The position numbers and the translations under genes are program-made. This document shows positions 22,971 to 25,022 of a DNA stretch of 25,022 nucleotides, one piece after another. This DNA comes from a virus (taxonomy: Duplodnaviria; Caudoviricetes): positions 1 to 25,022 of IMG/VR virus record IMGVR_UViG_3300020044_003908; one strand, 5' to 3'. The notes below the pieces were generated by a model. It saw nothing but the letters and a program-made list of their open reading frames with translations. It did no database searches and had not been told where the DNA came from. How positions within the stretch are numbered: position 1 is the stretch's first letter; each line of letters begins with the position of its first letter.

Positions 22971-24024
22971 GCTGTTCCTCAGTCATCTGCTCCAGATTCT
23001 TGATCAACCGAGCATCAGATGGGTTGAATTCCAGAGCTTGTTTGCAGTATTCAACTGCCTTGTCTTTCATACCCAAATGCCAAGCGGCGATGGATGCCAA
23101 ATCATAGGGCTTTTCTGTCCAAACGGAAGGGTCCATTGTGTAGACAGCGGCTTTATCTGTGATGGCCAAGGCTGACATGGCGGCTGAGTAGCATTCGGCC
23201 CACATGCTGGCACGATAGCAGAACATGGCCAATTCAACCCAAGGCTCACGGGTGTCTGGCGCTTCAGCACAGGCCAGTCGATGCCACTTGAGCGCCGCCC
23301 AGTCTTGCTTCATCTCAGCATGGGATTGGCCAAGAAGGCGCATGGCATAGCAACGTTCATTTGGCCAAGTGGCTTGCGGCATGGCCAAGTACTTATTCAG
23401 GGCTGTGATTGCATCTTGCCAACGGCGGTTAAATGTCAACTCACGGGAATGGTAGAAGGCGTTTCGTGGGCAATTAGGATCTTCCTTGACTGCCACTTCG
23501 AGCAGGTCCATGTACTGACCCCTTGATTTTGTAGGGTCTGGGTGATGGCTAACCAGAAGCATATCTGTGTGTGCCCAAACCTCTTTAGTTCGTGGATCAG
23601 GCATTGGGTACTCATGACAAGGATGATGCCAAAAATAGCCATGACGATGATGAATCTTTTCGTAGAAGAAAGCAATTCCGCACCCCCAATCGAACTTGTA
23701 GCGAAGGCGAGTTGTGTCTGCTGTCCAAACACGCTCAATCTCTTCACGCCAGCCAGGCTCCATGACCTCATCGAGGTCCAAGGAGATGCACACATCTACG
23801 TCATCAGGAAGCAAAGCAAGAACGGCTTCACGGGCTTTGTCAAAGCGCCAAGGTTTGATGCGGATGTCTGCAACAGCAGCACCACACTCTCTGGCCAACT
23901 CAACCGTGTTGTCAGTTGATCCTGTGTCGCCAATCAAAATGACATCAGCATCTTTTGCGGATTCACAGAATCGCTTGACAAACTTTTCTTCGTTTTTGCT
24001 GATGGCATAGACGGCAATTTTCAT
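22963..24024 (-). CDS. Glycosyltransferase family 2 with C-terminal TPR repeats
   Basis: I.KNEE, DTGSTD.T, FD.AR and LD.DE (DxD) GT-A motifs, followed by TPR-like helices ([13 protein letters not shown]). Confidence 0.92.
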   Translation of the reverse strand: MKIAVYAISKNEEKFVKRFCESAKDADVILIGDTGSTDNTVELARECGAAVADIRIKPWRFDKAREAVLALLPDDVDVCISLDLDEVMEPGWREEIERVWTADTTRLRYKFDWGCGIAFFYEKIHHRHGYFWHHPCHEYPMPDPRTKEVWAHTDMLLVSHHPDPTKSRGQYMDLLEVAVKEDPNCPRNAFYHSRELTFNRRWQDAITALNKYLAMPQATWPNERCYAMRLLGQSHAEMKQDWAALKWHRLACAEAPDTREPWVELAMFCYRASMWAECYSAAMSALAITDKAAVYTMDPSVWTEKPYDLASIAAWHLGMKDKAVEYCKQALEFNPSDARLIKNLEQMTEEQHV

Positions 24025-25022
24025 TTCCTGACTTCCTTTTCAAGTTCAATTAGGCGCTTGGCCAATTCAATACATGCCACCAAAGCAGCGTTGCCATAAG
24101 CAACAGACAAATAACCGTTTTCATTTTCAGATACGGCAAGCTCAAGAGCTTTTTGCAAAGACTGCGCCGACACACCAACTTGACGCACAGCAATAGGCGT
24201 GTCTTTCCGAGTGTAAGCACCATGCTTTACAAGGGCCAACAATTCAAGAAAATCGGCTGGCAAGTCTTCCCAGTCTTGTTTCAGACGCTCATCAGATGAG
24301 CCACCTACTGTTACCGCCGTTAATGTTCCAGTCGATGGTGTGAAGTAAACGGCTGATGTTGTTGAGACTGTTGGAGTCTGAGCAGATCCATCAGCAGCCA
24401 CACCAACAACATATTGAGTCGTTGCCGCAGTGCTTGCAGTGGCTGTCAACGAGTTACCTGGGCCAGCAGTTCCTGTTGCACCAGTCGGGCCTGTGGGGCC
24501 AGCAACGGTTGATGCCGCACCTGTAGGACCTGTGGGCCCACCAGCACCTGTGGCTCCAGTGCTACCTGTAGGACCTGTAGGGCCAACAGCACCATTAGCG
24601 CCATTTGCACCTGTGGGCCCAGTAGGACCAACCAAACCTTGATCGCCTTGCGCACCCGTAGGTCCAGTAGGACCGACATTGCCTTGGATGCCCTGTGCGC
24701 CCGTTGGACCTGTAGGACCTGTTGCACCAACATTGCCTTGAATACCTTGAGGGCCAGTTGGGCCAGTAGCACCAGCGTCACCAGTAGGTCCTGTGGGGCC
24801 AGTGGCTCCAGTTGTACCTGTTGGTCCAGTTGGGCCAAGCTGGGTATTCATGACCTGAGTTGCGGTCACAATGACAGATGGAATGGCAGGGTTGATGCCG
24901 CCAGCGGCTGCGTAATCAAGACCGATACTTGTGTTGGCTGTTGCCCAGACCAATTCCAAATAGTCGCCAGCATTAAGCTTCAACACAAAATTCCATGCGG
25001 CGACAAGGTATGGGTTGTTTGT
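24021..25022 (-). CDS. Collagen-like tail fibre with C-terminal intramolecular chaperone (peptidase S74-like); 5' end outside the window
   Basis: Frame is open to the window edge (...[13 protein letters not shown]); long Gly-X-Y tract; SSDERLK cleavage-site motif; G..AQ and YL.V.Y motifs. Confidence 0.88.
   Translation of the reverse strand, partial: TNNPYLVAAWNFVLKLNAGDYLELVWATANTSIGLDYAAAGGINPAIPSVIVTATQVMNTQLGPTGPTGTTGATGPTGPTGDAGATGPTGPQGIQGNVGATGPTGPTGAQGIQGNVGPTGPTGAQGDQGLVGPTGPTGANGANGAVGPTGPTGSTGATGAGGPTGPTGAASTVAGPTGPTGATGTAGPGNSLTATASTAATTQYVVGVAADGSAQTPTVSTTSAVYFTPSTGTLTAVTVGGSSDERLKQDWEDLPADFLELLALVKHGAYTRKDTPIAVRQVGVSAQSLQKALELAVSENENGYLSVAYGNAALVACIELAKRLIELEKEVRK
24456..24836 (-). 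repeat. Gly-X-Y collagen-like coding repeat
   Basis: About 40 triplets dominated by GPT/GAT, with one ASTVA interruption. Confidence 0.95.

Noticed and set aside
9371-24010. Numerous plus-strand ORFs opposite late genes
   Set aside because: Shadow ORFs of well-supported minus-strand genes, with no motifs or SD.
24430-24838. Alternative-frame and antisense ORFs over the collagen tract
   Set aside because: By-products of the 9-nt periodic Gly-X-Y repeat.
1-25022. Alternative genetic code or stop-codon recoding
   Set aside because: Genes tile densely under the standard bacterial code, with no systematically broken ORFs.

Overview
The window is about 25 kb of a tailed dsDNA phage genome. A podovirus-like morphology is inferred from the nozzle and internal-virion-type genes and the absence of a tape-measure gene here. 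The host is probably Gram-negative, since spanins are present. Left arm (1-6826, minus strand): early, recombination and accessory genes, including ERF, an SSB-like protein, a RuvC-like resolvase, a TagD-like cytidylyltransferase, an HNH-AP2 endonuclease, a DUF1364-like nuclease and many small ORFs. A divergent promoter region (6827-6980) leads to a short plus-strand block (6981-9344) with a Cro-like gene, a structured leader, an HTH gene, a replication-initiator-like gene and three tandem modular 'MTQDEII' paralogs. No CI or integrase is seen in the window. Right arm (9317-25022, minus strand): a late operon with a collagen-like fibre carrying an S74 chaperone domain, a GT2-TPR glycosyltransferase, nozzle and tail proteins, a double 2OG-Fe(II) oxygenase, internal virion proteins and a large lysis cassette (GH19 endolysin, Rz/Rz1 and a second spanin-like pair). 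The best leads are a possible virion fibre glycosylation/hydroxylation system, the modular gene-cassette array, several structured non-coding elements (one appears to mask the HNH ribosome-binding site) and an apparent AUU start codon. All functional calls come from motif recognition by eye; no searches were run.
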